Part shown: positions 26,567 through 36,900 of the stretch, in pieces
Layout of the letters: the number at the start of each line of letters is the position of its first letter
How positions within the stretch are numbered: position 1 is the stretch's first letter
DNA from: an uncultured Ignavibacteria bacterium
GTDB lineage: Bacteria > Zixibacteria > MSB-5A5 > DSPP01
Assembly: GCA_964607165.1 (NCBI GenBank)
Contig: CAZSIT010000003.1
Span: 78,384 to 142,383, forward strand
Direction: 5' to 3'
Length of the DNA stretch: 64,000 nucleotides
Notes under the pieces: generated by a model
Seen by the model: the letters and a program-made list of their open reading frames with translations, nothing else
Database searches by the model: none
What the model was told of the DNA's origin: nothing
Made by a program: the position numbers and the translations under genes

Positions 26567-29467
26567 GTGAAAAAGCGCCTTTTTTGGTTTACAGTTTTAC
26601 TTCTCGGAATTTTTTCTTCTGCTTTTGCGGTCGCGCCGCATCCCGATTTGGTCAAAAAATTAAAAGAAACCGGAGAGTGGGACGAGTTTTTGGCGCATTA
26701 TAAAAGCTTGGGGGACTTTGACCAGCCAACTTCCCATCGGTATCGTTTTACCCTTTCCCTAAGAACGACCGCTGGCGCGGTTCCGCCCGATACCTTGAAG
26801 GCGGTGGTGATTTATGCCTATCCGTCCGACCGCCCGCCTTCCGCGGACGGGATAAACGTCAGTCGGGCGAAATTGGACTCGATTCTGTTTATCTCCAACC
26901 CGACTGGCACGGTGACCGATTATTATAAAGAAATTTCTTATGGTCAGACGGTAGTGGTTGGAACCGTTTTCGGACCTTATCAGCTTCCGGGGACGAATGC
27001 CGCTTACACATTTGGTGCTTATGGTATTCCCGCTACTAATTTTACCACGGATGCCATTCGGGCGGCGGATTCCGCGGGGGTTGATTTTTCACAGTTTGAC
27101 GCCGACGGGGATGGGGTTGTGGATGCGCTCTTTATCGTTCATAGCGGCCCAGGAGCGGAGGAAACCGGGCGGCTTACAGATATCTGGTCGCACGCTTCGA
27201 GCATCGCGCCACAGAAGAGAGATGGAAAGTGGCTAAGCGATTATTCCATCGAACCGGAGCAGCAGTCCGGGCCGATACCGATACAGATTGGTGTCTTTTG
27301 CCACGAAGCCGGCCACGCTCTTTTTGGCCTGCCCGATTTGTATGACACTGATGGCACTTCGCAAGGAGCGGGGGCGTGGTGTTTGATGAGCTCGGGCAAC
27401 TACAACAACAGCAGCAAAACCCCCACGCATATGTCGGCATGGTGCAAAAAACAGGTGGGGTGGCTGACTCCCATCAGTTTATCTGCTAATCAAAACAACG
27501 TTTCTCTTCCCGCCGTGGAGTTTACTCCGACCATTTATCGGCTTTGGACCAACGGCACAGGCGGATCCGAATATTTTCTTTTGGAAAACCGCTATCGACG
27601 CGGTTTTGACGCTTACAATCCCGGGGGCGGGCTTTTAATCTGGCACATCGACGAAGCAGCCGGGAGCAACAACAACGAAAACCGGTATATGGTCGGTTTG
27701 ATGCAAGCAGATGGTCTGCGGAATCTGAATTTAAATGCAAATCGGGGAGATGCGGGGGACCCATTTCCGGGCAACACTAATAATCGAAATTTTGATGAAT
27801 TTTCCAATCCAAACAGTAAGAAGAATGTTCCCGTTCAGGCCGCGCAGGTGGCGGTATTTAACATTTCCAACGCCGATTCGGTGATGACCGCCGATATGGA
27901 GGTTACGTATGGAAGGCCAAGGGTGACTTCTTTCAGCCCCACGCTGAACGAGATTTCAGGAAACGGGAACGGTGTCCCCGATCCGGGAGAAACTATTACT
28001 TACTATTTTTCCTTTATAAATGCCTGGCTTGCCACGCCTAACTGGAACGTTTTAGTTCGATGCAACGATACAGCCATTCATTTTGCCGACAGCACGGCTT
28101 TGATAAGTTCTTTGGTTGGGTTGGGGGCCTCCACTTCCACATCGCCTGACCCGGTTACTTTTACTGTTTCTTCCGGCATCGATCGCTCTAAGCTGGACAG
28201 CTTTTTCGTTTATGCCTGGAACTTTGACAGCTCCTACACCTATCAAACCGCCTACGTCCAGCAAATCGGGCCGACGCAGATTCTGATTGTGGATGACGAC
28301 CACGGGCGGGCGCTGGAGAATTACTACAAGCTATCATTCGACACAGTTTTGGTGCCGACCCGCATCTGGAGCGTGACAGTGCGGGGCGTTCCGCCGGCGG
28401 AAAGCCTTTCGCTCTACCGCTACGTGGTTTGGTACACGGGCAACGATTCGACTTCACTTTTGAATAGCTCGCGTATTGCCTCCTTGTCCGGCTATATGAA
28501 CAGTGGAGGGCGTCTATTTTTGACCGGCCAGGGAATGGCTCAATCGCTTTGGAGCACGGCGGATTCCGTATTCCTGCGGAACTATTTTCACTGCCGGTTC
28601 ACCAACGCCCAGCCCGTATCCGTCTATGCCGAAGGGGTGAGCAGCGAGCCGATTTCCGATAGTGTCCGAATGGTCTTGTTGGCCGGTGACGGGGCCGGCA
28701 ACCAAACTCAAGTGGATCGTCTTACTTTTGTCGATGGCCGGGCGGACAAGCTTTTTACTTATACCAGCACCAAGGGAGATACGACCGGGCCGGTAGGGGG
28801 GGTGGCCTATGCCGACTCAATTTATCGAGCGGTTTTTCTGGGATTTGGTTTTGAGGCAGTTAATTCATCCGCGCCTTCTGTTCATAGCGCAAAGACGCGC
28901 TCTTTTGTTTTGCGCCGGATATTGGACTGGTTTGACAGCGCCAGCCCGACTGGACTGGCGGTTCCCTTTATCTCCTCTCTGCCGCAAACGTTTTCCTTTT
29001 CAGCCATCAGTGGCGGAGCTTTGCCTCCGGCGCAGAATTTAAACATTGAAAACACCGGCGGAGGCACACTGGTCTGGACGGCGGCGGAAAATCCGGCGGT
29101 CGGCTGGCTTTCGATAACTCCGAGCAGCGGCACTGCCGCGCCCGTTTCCAATGTCTCTATTTCGATAGATTCGACCAATTTGGTTCCGGGAACGTATATC
29201 GATACGATTGTCATCAGCTCTCCGGGAGCTTTTAATAACCCGCACAAGACCGTGGTCACCTTTACGGTGAACGCCGGGCGGGGCGATATGGACCAGGATG
29301 GGGTTTTAGAATTGGCGGATGTGGTGTTGCTGTTGGACTGTACTTTTCTGGGCGTAGGCACCTGTCCGCTTTCCATTGCCGACATCAACTGCGATGGAAT
29401 TTTAACCTCTGCCGATGTTGTGTTGCTTCTTATCGAATTGTATTACATTACGCCTCCGCCTTGTTAA
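26567..29467 (+). CDS. M6 (immune inhibitor A-like) secreted metalloprotease with Ig/BACON-like domain and dockerin-like C-terminal module
   Basis: GTG 26567 is preceded by GGAGG and gives signal peptide VKKRLFWFTVLLLGIFSSAFA. Zinc site is ..FCHEAGHALFGLPDLYDTDG.., with ..GGGLLIWHIDE... C-terminus is [53 protein letters not shown]. The track start 26408 was rejected because it would leave only 15 nt to the divergent gene. Confidence 0.88.
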   Translation: MKKRLFWFTVLLLGIFSSAFAVAPHPDLVKKLKETGEWDEFLAHYKSLGDFDQPTSHRYRFTLSLRTTAGAVPPDTLKAVVIYAYPSDRPPSADGINVSRAKLDSILFISNPTGTVTDYYKEISYGQTVVVGTVFGPYQLPGTNAAYTFGAYGIPATNFTTDAIRAADSAGVDFSQFDADGDGVVDALFIVHSGPGAEETGRLTDIWSHASSIAPQKRDGKWLSDYSIEPEQQSGPIPIQIGVFCHEAGHALFGLPDLYDTDGTSQGAGAWCLMSSGNYNNSSKTPTHMSAWCKKQVGWLTPISLSANQNNVSLPAVEFTPTIYRLWTNGTGGSEYFLLENRYRRGFDAYNPGGGLLIWHIDEAAGSNNNENRYMVGLMQADGLRNLNLNANRGDAGDPFPGNTNNRNFDEFSNPNSKKNVPVQAAQVAVFNISNADSVMTADMEVTYGRPRVTSFSPTLNEISGNGNGVPDPGETITYYFSFINAWLATPNWNVLVRCNDTAIHFADSTALISSLVGLGASTSTSPDPVTFTVSSGIDRSKLDSFFVYAWNFDSSYTYQTAYVQQIGPTQILIVDDDHGRALENYYKLSFDTVLVPTRIWSVTVRGVPPAESLSLYRYVVWYTGNDSTSLLNSSRIASLSGYMNSGGRLFLTGQGMAQSLWSTADSVFLRNYFHCRFTNAQPVSVYAEGVSSEPISDSVRMVLLAGDGAGNQTQVDRLTFVDGRADKLFTYTSTKGDTTGPVGGVAYADSIYRAVFLGFGFEAVNSSAPSVHSAKTRSFVLRRILDWFDSASPTGLAVPFISSLPQTFSFSAISGGALPPAQNLNIENTGGGTLVWTAAENPAVGWLSITPSSGTAAPVSNVSISIDSTNLVPGTYIDTIVISSPGAFNNPHKTVVTFTVNAGRGDMDQDGVLELADVVLLLDCTFLGVGTCPLSIADINCDGILTSADVVLLLIELYYITPPPC

Positions 29468-29521
29468 AAACTTAGTTGCGGGTGCCTTATTAGATGTCAG
29501 CGAGGGCTTTTTGTTTCAAGC

Positions 29522-29875
29522 TTACTTTTTTTCTGCTGCTTTGGGCTTGGGATTTCCCCCGTGGCAATAAACGCAGCTTACTTTGGGAGCGTCTTTGTAA
29601 TTAAAATACTTCTCATTGATTTCATTTACCATTGTCTGCATTACCCGCGCTTTTTTGAACTCCTCTTTCGATTCGTCGGCATAATCTTTGGTGTGGCAGT
29701 GCTCGCACTTCACCCCCAGCTCTTTGTTGTAGGCAGCCATTATCCGCATCATCTCCGCCTTGTTGGCCGGTTTTAGCACCTTCAGGTTTTTGAAGCCTCC
29801 ATCCTGCGGGATGACTTGAGAAGCGAAGAAGACGGCTGCGCAGAGCATCAAGAAAAAAGGGGTAATTTTTTTCAT
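29522..29875 (-). CDS. Small secreted c-type cytochrome, two CxxCH sites
   Basis: Signal peptide. CEHCH and CVYCH. ..FKNLKVLK..M..IM..LGVKCEHCH.. resembles reaction-centre-cytochrome-type small cytochromes. Confidence 0.8.
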   Translation of the reverse strand: MKKITPFFLMLCAAVFFASQVIPQDGGFKNLKVLKPANKAEMMRIMAAYNKELGVKCEHCHTKDYADESKEEFKKARVMQTMVNEINEKYFNYKDAPKVSCVYCHGGNPKPKAAEKK

Positions 29876-29885
29876 TTTAACTCCC

Positions 29886-30974
29886 TTAGATGGTCAGGGT
29901 TGGTTTTAAAAAGCTTTTGGGTAAATGGTTTAGCGGGTAGTTAGCGGCCAACTGTCCGCAGGCGGCTTCCACCTCGCCTCCTTTGCTAAAGCGCACGGTC
30001 ACCGCCGGAGTTCGAGGATACAGAACTTCGCGAAAGCGATTAATGCGTTCCAAGGAAGGGCGTTTATAGGGAGCAAAGGGCGTCGGATTGTACGGAATCA
30101 AGTTAATTTTGCAAGGAATCGAGGCTACTTTTTTGGCCAAAAGCCTTGCGTCCTCCGGCGTATCGTTTACATCCTGAATCAAAATATATTCAAATGTGAC
30201 GCGCCGATGCCTCCTTCTGGCGAACGCTTCAGCCGCAGGCAGAAGTTGTTCAAGCGGATACTTTTTGTTCAACGGCACCAACAAATCTCTTTTTTCATTG
30301 GTGGCGGCGTGCAAGCTTATCGCCAGTTTCAGCTTTATATTCTCATCTGCCAGTTCATAAATTTTTGGCACAATACCGGCTGTTGAGAGGGTAATTCTTC
30401 GGGCGGCCAGACCTGGACCCAACTCGGAGGTGACGATACGCATCGCTTTCAAGGTGTTGTCATAATTCAACAGCGGCTCGCCCATTCCCATCAAAACGAT
30501 GTTGCGCACGGTTTCACCGGCTTCGAGATGTTTTTGTGCCAGAAGGAATTGGGCGACAATTTCTCCGGCTGTCAGATGCCGCTTGAAGCCCATCGCCCCG
30601 GTCATACAGAACGTGCAGCCGAGCGGGCAGCCCACTTGGGTAGAAAGACAATAGGTAATTTTGCCTCTGTCCCGAATAATCACGGTTTCAGCTTCCTGAT
30701 TGTCCGAATATTTCAAAAGTAACTTGGCAGTGCCATCTCCCGCCGCCGTGACCGTCCGTACCACCTTGGGAATTCCAACTTGAATCTCCTTTTCAAAAGT
30801 TTTTCTTAACGTTTTCGACAAATCAGTCATTTGCTCAAAATTAAAGACTCCCCGCTGGTTCACCCATCGAAAAATTTGTTGACCGTGAAACGATTTGCCG
30901 CCCAAATTTTTTGCCAACTGGGCCAATTCGCTTGGGGTTAGGCCTAAAATGTCCAATCGACCATTGGATTCCAT
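29886..30974 (-). CDS. rlmN: 23S rRNA/tRNA (adenine-C2)-methyltransferase RlmN (radical SAM)
   Basis: CPLGCTFC radical-SAM cluster and ..IVLMGMGEPLLNYDN.. typical of RlmN/Cfr; 362 aa. Confidence 0.92.
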   Translation of the reverse strand: MESNGRLDILGLTPSELAQLAKNLGGKSFHGQQIFRWVNQRGVFNFEQMTDLSKTLRKTFEKEIQVGIPKVVRTVTAAGDGTAKLLLKYSDNQEAETVIIRDRGKITYCLSTQVGCPLGCTFCMTGAMGFKRHLTAGEIVAQFLLAQKHLEAGETVRNIVLMGMGEPLLNYDNTLKAMRIVTSELGPGLAARRITLSTAGIVPKIYELADENIKLKLAISLHAATNEKRDLLVPLNKKYPLEQLLPAAEAFARRRHRRVTFEYILIQDVNDTPEDARLLAKKVASIPCKINLIPYNPTPFAPYKRPSLERINRFREVLYPRTPAVTVRFSKGGEVEAACGQLAANYPLNHLPKSFLKPTLTI

Positions 30975-31078
30975 ACCCTAATTATACGCAACCTGGTCGG
31001 AAAAGGGAATCTGTGAAATAAGGTTAAAGATTCGTTTCAGTAAGCCGAAATAAAATAAGGGGGGAGCTTATATAGAAG

Positions 31079-31486
31079 ATGACGACTGCAAAAATAAAGA
31101 TTAAAACCGGCAAGGTTCTGGTCATCGACGATGAGCCGGAAATCACCGAAATCATCCAGACCTTTCTAGAAAACTCCGGCTATTCCGTTGTGGCGGAAAA
31201 CTCGGCGATGATGGGGGTGGAGCGTGCCAAAACTTTTGGGCCGGATTTAATTTTGCTCGACATTACGATGCCCTTTATGGACGGTTACGATGTTTGCACG
31301 GAATTGAAAAAGGGTATCAGCACCGCTAGTATCCCGGTGGTTTTTCTTTCTGGCAAGGATTCCAAAGAGGACTCCGGCCGCAGTTTTCGAGTCGGCGGTG
31401 ATATGTTCATCAAAAAGCCGTTTTCCTGCGAACGGCTTTTGGACATCGTCAAAATCGTTTTAGCTTCCAGCGCGAGCAACCGGTAG
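31079..31486 (+). CDS. Stand-alone response regulator receiver protein (CheY-like)
   Basis: ..VLVIDDEPEI.., ..DLILLDITMPFMDGYDV.., ..PVVFLSGKD.., ..KKPF... No output domain. Confidence 0.9.
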   Translation: MTTAKIKIKTGKVLVIDDEPEITEIIQTFLENSGYSVVAENSAMMGVERAKTFGPDLILLDITMPFMDGYDVCTELKKGISTASIPVVFLSGKDSKEDSGRSFRVGGDMFIKKPFSCERLLDIVKIVLASSASNR

Positions 31487-31512
31487 CTGCTTTTAAAATT
31501 TAACGTATATTT

Positions 31513-31544
31513 CCCGCGTGAGAGTTCGCGCGGGTTTTTTATTT
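31513..31544 (+). terminator. Terminator-like hairpin + T-run after the response regulator, overlapping the next GTG start
   Basis: CCCGCG-(10 nt)-CGCGGG followed by TTTTTTATTT. The T-run also encodes the Phe/Leu-rich signal peptide of the TPM protein, so it may be coincidental. Confidence 0.3.
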
Positions 31545-32282
31545 CTGTTTTTAGTTTTTCTTTTTTGGGCAGCGAGCCAGGCTCAAAAATATCCCACTCC
31601 GCTTGGGGCGGCCAATGACTTTGCGGGACTTTTAAGCTCTTCTCAACGGAACCAGCTCGAGACCGAATTGCGCGGTTTCTTTGATCGCACCGGTGCCGCC
31701 GTCGTGGTTGCTACAGTTGAATCGCTGGACGGTGTTCCCATCGAAGATTTTGCCGTCGGGCTTTTTGAAAAGTGGAAAATCGGCCAAAAAGGTTTAGATA
31801 ACGGGCTTTTGATTGTAATCGCCAAATCAGAGCGGAAAATCCGCTTTGAAGTCGGCTACGGGCTCGAAGCGGTGCTGCCCGATGGCCGCTGCGGCGAAAT
31901 CATCCGCACTAAAATGACACCGCGCTTCAAAGAAGGTGACTATGCTGCCGGCATCTTTGCCGCGATGGCTGAAGTGGAACAAATTCTGGAGAAATATTTC
32001 GCCACCGGTGAGATTCCAAAACAAAAAACGGGAGCGCAAGATTGGCTGCCAGTGCTTCCCCTTTTTTTAGTTGGTGGAATTATCATGCTTTTTGTCCTGA
32101 ATGCCGTTAGAAAGGCAGCCCGCTATCCGGGATATTACGGGAGGCGCTCCGGCAGAGGTGGATTTTGGATGGGGGGCGGTTTGGGTGGGTGGTCGAGTGG
32201 TGGTGGAGGTGGCTTCAGCGGCGGCTTTGGCGGGTTTGGTGGCGGTTCCTCCGGAGGGGGAGGGGCGACGGGAGGCTGGTAA
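31518..32282 (+). CDS. TPM-domain protein (YgcG-like) with TM helix and Gly-rich tail
   Basis: ..VVVATVESLDGVPIEDFAVGLFEKWKIGQKGLDNGLLIVIAKSERKIRFEVGYGLE.. is typical of the TPM domain. C-terminal poly-Gly/Ser. Confidence 0.88.
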   Translation: MRVRAGFLFLFLVFLFWAASQAQKYPTPLGAANDFAGLLSSSQRNQLETELRGFFDRTGAAVVVATVESLDGVPIEDFAVGLFEKWKIGQKGLDNGLLIVIAKSERKIRFEVGYGLEAVLPDGRCGEIIRTKMTPRFKEGDYAAGIFAAMAEVEQILEKYFATGEIPKQKTGAQDWLPVLPLFLVGGIIMLFVLNAVRKAARYPGYYGRRSGRGGFWMGGGLGGWSSGGGGGFSGGFGGFGGGSSGGGGATGGW

Positions 32283-32415
32283 CTATCGGCCAGCTTCACA
32301 TCTATTTTTCCTTTAGCGTAAATCGGCCGTTCAGAACTGAAAATTAAGAACCGAACTTCTTGACCTCTGTAGAAAATTTGGATACTTTTCACAGAACGGT
32401 GAAGGTTAAACGAGC

Positions 32416-33117
32416 GTGAGTTTGGCAGTTTTCGATGGGGGATGGATTGGCTCCCAATTTGAAATTTTATGGAAAATCCTGGCCTATCTTTTGCCGGTCG
32501 TTCCAGTTACTATTGAGCTGACGCTTTTATCCTTTGGTTTGGCGATAATAATGGGTCTTTTTGTCGGCATCGCCCGGATTTCGCACAACCCTTTCATTGA
32601 GAAAAGTTCAAAGGCTTACGTTGATATCCTGCGCGGGGTGCCGCTTTTGGTGCAGATTTTTTTTATTTACTTCGGGCTGGGAAAAATTTTAAATCTTTCC
32701 AGTTTTTTGGCGGGGGTTTTGGCGATTGGCATCGGGTATTCGGCCTACCTGGCGGAGACGATTAGAGCGGGAATTCAATCGATTCACAAGGGACAATACG
32801 AGGCGGCGCTTTCACTTGGGATGACGCGCGGACAGATGATGCGTTATGTGATTCTGCCGCAATCTATGCGGGTGGTGGTGCCGCCGATGGCCAACGATTT
32901 TATCGCCTGTTTGAAAGACACGTCCTTAGTTTCAGTCATCGGCCTGCGGGAATTAACCCGGGCCGGCAGGGAGTTTTACTCACAATTTTTTGTTGATTTC
33001 CAAACCTGGCTGGTGGTGGGGATTTTGTATTTAATAATGACCTTGGGGCTTTCACGACTGGTAGCATGGCTGGAACGAAAATTCAAAGTGCACGGATATG
33101 GAGAGCGGCCGGCGTGA
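32416..33117 (+). CDS. Polar amino-acid ABC transporter permease
   Basis: His/Glu/Gln/Arg-type permease blocks ..[28 protein letters not shown].. and ..[10 protein letters not shown].. (EAA loop). Confidence 0.92.
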   Translation: MSLAVFDGGWIGSQFEILWKILAYLLPVVPVTIELTLLSFGLAIIMGLFVGIARISHNPFIEKSSKAYVDILRGVPLLVQIFFIYFGLGKILNLSSFLAGVLAIGIGYSAYLAETIRAGIQSIHKGQYEAALSLGMTRGQMMRYVILPQSMRVVVPPMANDFIACLKDTSLVSVIGLRELTRAGREFYSQFFVDFQTWLVVGILYLIMTLGLSRLVAWLERKFKVHGYGERPA

Positions 33118-33839
33118 TAATTCAAATTGGCAATTTGGTCAAGCGGTTTGGAAAACATACGGTTCTTGATGGCGTTTCGCTTTTGGTTGAAGTGGGCGAG
33201 GTTCTGGTCATTTTTGGCCCTTCCGGTTCGGGGAAATCGACCTTGTTGCGTTGTATCAATGGTCTCGAAAGGGCCGACAGCGGTCACATCGTCGTTGATG
33301 GAATTGAATTAGACCATAACAAAGAGCACATTCGTCAAGTCCGCGCCGAATGCGGGATAGTCTTTCAGCAGTTTAATCTTTTTCCGCATCTTTCGGCAAT
33401 GGAGAATCTTTGTCTGCCGCAGCGCATCGTGCGGGGGCGCGCACCCGAAGAGGCGGAAGCAATCGGGAAAAAACTATTGGAGCGGGTCGGTTTGCTGGAT
33501 AAAAAGGATGCCTTTCCGGCGCAGCTTTCGGGTGGACAGCAGCAGCGGGTGGCGATTGCTCGTGCGCTTGCAATGAACCCAAAGATTATGCTTTTTGACG
33601 AGCCGACTTCGGCTTTGGACCCGGAGATGATAGGGGAAGTCCTGGACGTAATGAAAACTCTGGCCAAAGAGGGGATGACGATGCTGGTGGTGACGCACGA
33701 AATTGGGTTTGCGCGGGAAGTGGCTCATCGGCTTATATTCATTGATGAGGGGAAAATAGTGGAAGAAGGCCGGCCGGAAGAGATTTTAAACCGGCCGAAA
33801 AACAAGCGAACGGCGGAGTTTTTGGGGAAGGTTTTATGA
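33114..33839 (+). CDS. Polar amino-acid ABC transporter ATP-binding protein
   Basis: Walker [10 protein letters not shown], signature [15 protein letters not shown], Walker [15 protein letters not shown] 33114 overlaps the permease stop (GTGA). Confidence 0.93.
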   Translation: MIIQIGNLVKRFGKHTVLDGVSLLVEVGEVLVIFGPSGSGKSTLLRCINGLERADSGHIVVDGIELDHNKEHIRQVRAECGIVFQQFNLFPHLSAMENLCLPQRIVRGRAPEEAEAIGKKLLERVGLLDKKDAFPAQLSGGQQQRVAIARALAMNPKIMLFDEPTSALDPEMIGEVLDVMKTLAKEGMTMLVVTHEIGFAREVAHRLIFIDEGKIVEEGRPEEILNRPKNKRTAEFLGKVL

Positions 33840-33854
33840 GACTAATGCTCTTTG

Positions 33855-33879
33855 TCATGCTGAGCGAAGCGAAGCATCT
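33855..33879. repeat. REP-like element gtcATGCTgagcgaagcgaAGCATc
   Basis: Short imperfect hairpin in the spacer after the ABC ATPase. Same general kind of GC-rich extragenic hairpin as at 24.9-25.3 kb. Confidence 0.35.
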
Positions 33880-33959
33880 GGGTGGGGGAGTGAGCATTTT
33901 CCGGGTCGCGACGGGAGCTACTTCTGACAAAACAACGATGGATTTTTAAGAAAGGTGCT

Positions 33960-36900
33960 ATGAAAAAAATTGTTTTGAGTTCATTGATGTTAGTGACGGT
34001 TGTATCGGCTCAAGCCGAGTGGAAAGCCAACCGCTGGCAGCAATGGGTGGACTACACTGTTGAGGTTACTATAGACGCCAAGAATAAAATTTTGACTGGC
34101 ACAGAAAAATTGGTTTATACCAATAACTCTCCGGACACGCTTCGCACAGTTTATTTCCACTTGTATCTCAACGCCTTTCAGCCGGGAAGTTACACCGATC
34201 TGCGCCTGCGGCAGTTTGGGTTTTTTGACACCAAGGATTTGCCGCTCAAAGAACAGGGAGCCGAGTCGCTTTCTTACTTTGCCGTCTCCGGCGTGGAAAC
34301 GCCCTTTACTATGGACAACACCATTATGAAAGCGGATTTGCCCCAGCCGCTTTTGCCGGGGAAATCGGTCACTTTTGACATTAGATTCAAAGATAAAATT
34401 CCGCCCGATGGAGATAGAATGGGCTTTCGAGGAAAGCATATCGATATGGGCCAGTGGTATCCACGTATGGCGGTTTATGACCATAAAGGCTGGCACGCCG
34501 ACCAGCATATGGGACACGAGTTTTATGCCGATTACGGGCGGTTTAACGTGAGCGTTACCCTGCCCAAAGAATACATTCTGGGGCACACGGGGAAATTGAT
34601 GAACGAGGAGGAGCTTTTTCCGGGCGGCTTGCCGGTGCCCGGGGGGGATACGGTTCTGGTAGATATTCTCAAAATCTACAAGGAGCGGCAAAAAAAAGAA
34701 AAAGCAGATACTTTGGCCGGTGATTCCACGGCGCAAGGGACAGAGTCGCTGAAGAAAATGGCGGGGGGACGCCCGAACCGAAAGCAAAACGATGAGGATG
34801 GGAACTCCCTTAGCCGTCGGGAAATGCGCCGGGGCGGGTCGGGGGGCGATAATCGGAGGAGCAGAGAAAGGGGCGAAGCGCGCGATTCATCCAGTGGGAA
34901 AGACAGTGTGGAAGTGCGAACCTGGAAAATGTTCGCCGATACGGTTTTTGATTTCGCCTTTGCCGCCGACCCCGGCTACCTCTGGGACCGGGCGCAATGG
35001 AACGGAATTATCATCAATTCGCTCTATACCCCCGACCGGAAACGTTTCTGGGCCGATTCGGGAGCGGTATATACCCGCTTCATTATCAAATTCTACTCGG
35101 AAACTTTTGGAATGTGGCCCTACCCACAGTTCACTTCCTGTGTGGGCGACGTGGGGGGTGGGATTGAATATCCCCAGATGACCATTATAACGCGCCGCTC
35201 AGGGCGGGATTTCTCCCACGGCCTTTTCTCCATCCTGGCGCACGAAATCGGGCACAACTGGTTTTACGGACTTATCGGCAACAACGAAACGTATGAGGCG
35301 TTTTTGGATGAGGGATTCACCTCCTTTGCCACCTGTTTGGTGATGGAGGACCGCTATGGACGGTATGAAAATGCCAATGCCTGGGGAAAGTGGTATCAGA
35401 AAAAGTTTTTTTACAATGATGATGAGCGGCAGGGGGAACAGCGAAGCTACATCCGCTTTTCCAAAACGGGCGCGGAAGAGCCGATAGATACCCATTCCGA
35501 CCAGTTCTTGGGAGGCGGAGCTTATAACATTGCCGTTTATCAAAAAACCGCTTCGATGCTGTTTATGCTGCAATACACGCTGGGAGACTCGGTTTTTGAC
35601 CGGGCGATGAAGGAGTATTACCGGCAATGGCATTTCCATCACCCGTATCGCGACGATTTTGTGTCCTCGATGGAGAAATCGTCCGGCCGGCATTTGGAAT
35701 GGTTTTTCCGGCAGTGGCTGGATAGAACTTTCACGGTAGACTACGCTCTGGACAAAGTTAAATCAAAGAAAAACGGCAAGAGTTATACGGCAGAAGTGAA
35801 AGTTAAACGCAAGGGACGAGCGATAATGCCTTTGGATTTGGATTTGCGGCTGGAAAACGGGCAGGTGGTTAACCAAAAGATTCCGGTCGATTTTTGGCAG
35901 AATAGCGAAGCAGAGCGAACCTTCAGCTACGAAGTCCTGGCCAAGGTTCGTTCGGCGGAACTGAATCCGGATTCGCGGATTGCCGACGTTAATCGGCTGA
36001 ATAACACCTATCCGGTGCCGCGGGTGCGCACCAATTTTGACCCGCCGCGAATGTTTTTTCCATCCACACCAACGCGCAATCCGATTGACGCCTATCAAAT
36101 CGTCTGGCGGCCGAATATCTGGTATAACCGCGTCGATTTCTTGAAATTGGGTCTTAATTTTTCCGGCAGTTACATCGGAGTTGACCATAATACTAACTTT
36201 GAGCTCTGGGGGGGAACTAAGAGCGGAAATTTTGACTTCGATTTAAGATATAATTCCCGGCTGTATGCCTTTGGGCCGCGCTGGAACTGGAATTTTTCGG
36301 CCTACAACGTGGAAGGGAGGCAGGGAGGAAACGTCGGCTTAACGAAACAGCTGGGACAAACCCGCTTTTTCGGGGGAGGGGCGCCCAAACAGGTTTCGGC
36401 GGGGTTCAGCTTTTCTCGTCTCTCCAAAGGCGAGTACTTGCCGGCTTTCTCGCAGTACGGTTTGGGGCGGGTAGCGAATCTGTATTTCAACTTAAGCACC
36501 AGTTGGACGAAAGGAAAAATTTCTTCCCAATTTGACGGCGGTCTGACCACCAGTTTGCCCCGCTCCCGTTTCGCGTACAGCAAACTCTGGCTGGAGTTGA
36601 ACAATACGCTGGATTTAATAAAAAAATTCCCGACCTCGTTTAGGATTTTTGCCGGAACTTCCGATGGTCTTGTGCCTTTGCAAAATCGGTATTATCTGGC
36701 AACCGCGTCACCCTCGGAAATTTTCGCTTCCCGCTGGTATCGTTCCAAGGAAACGTTGCCGGAAGAATGGAAAAACTCCGGGCATCTGTATCCACCCGGC
36801 GGCGGTGATTTGCACGGTTATCTTTTCGCCAATCGGGATGCCCGCCACATAGCTGCCTTGAACGCGCGGGTTGGTTTTGACAACCCATTAACCTGGTCGT

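Noticed and set aside
33990-34787. 265-aa minus-strand ORF, plus 35199-35693 and 35763-36188, inside the M1 peptidase gene.
   Set aside because: They are antisense to a gene with intact HEXXH-E motifs and show no features of their own.
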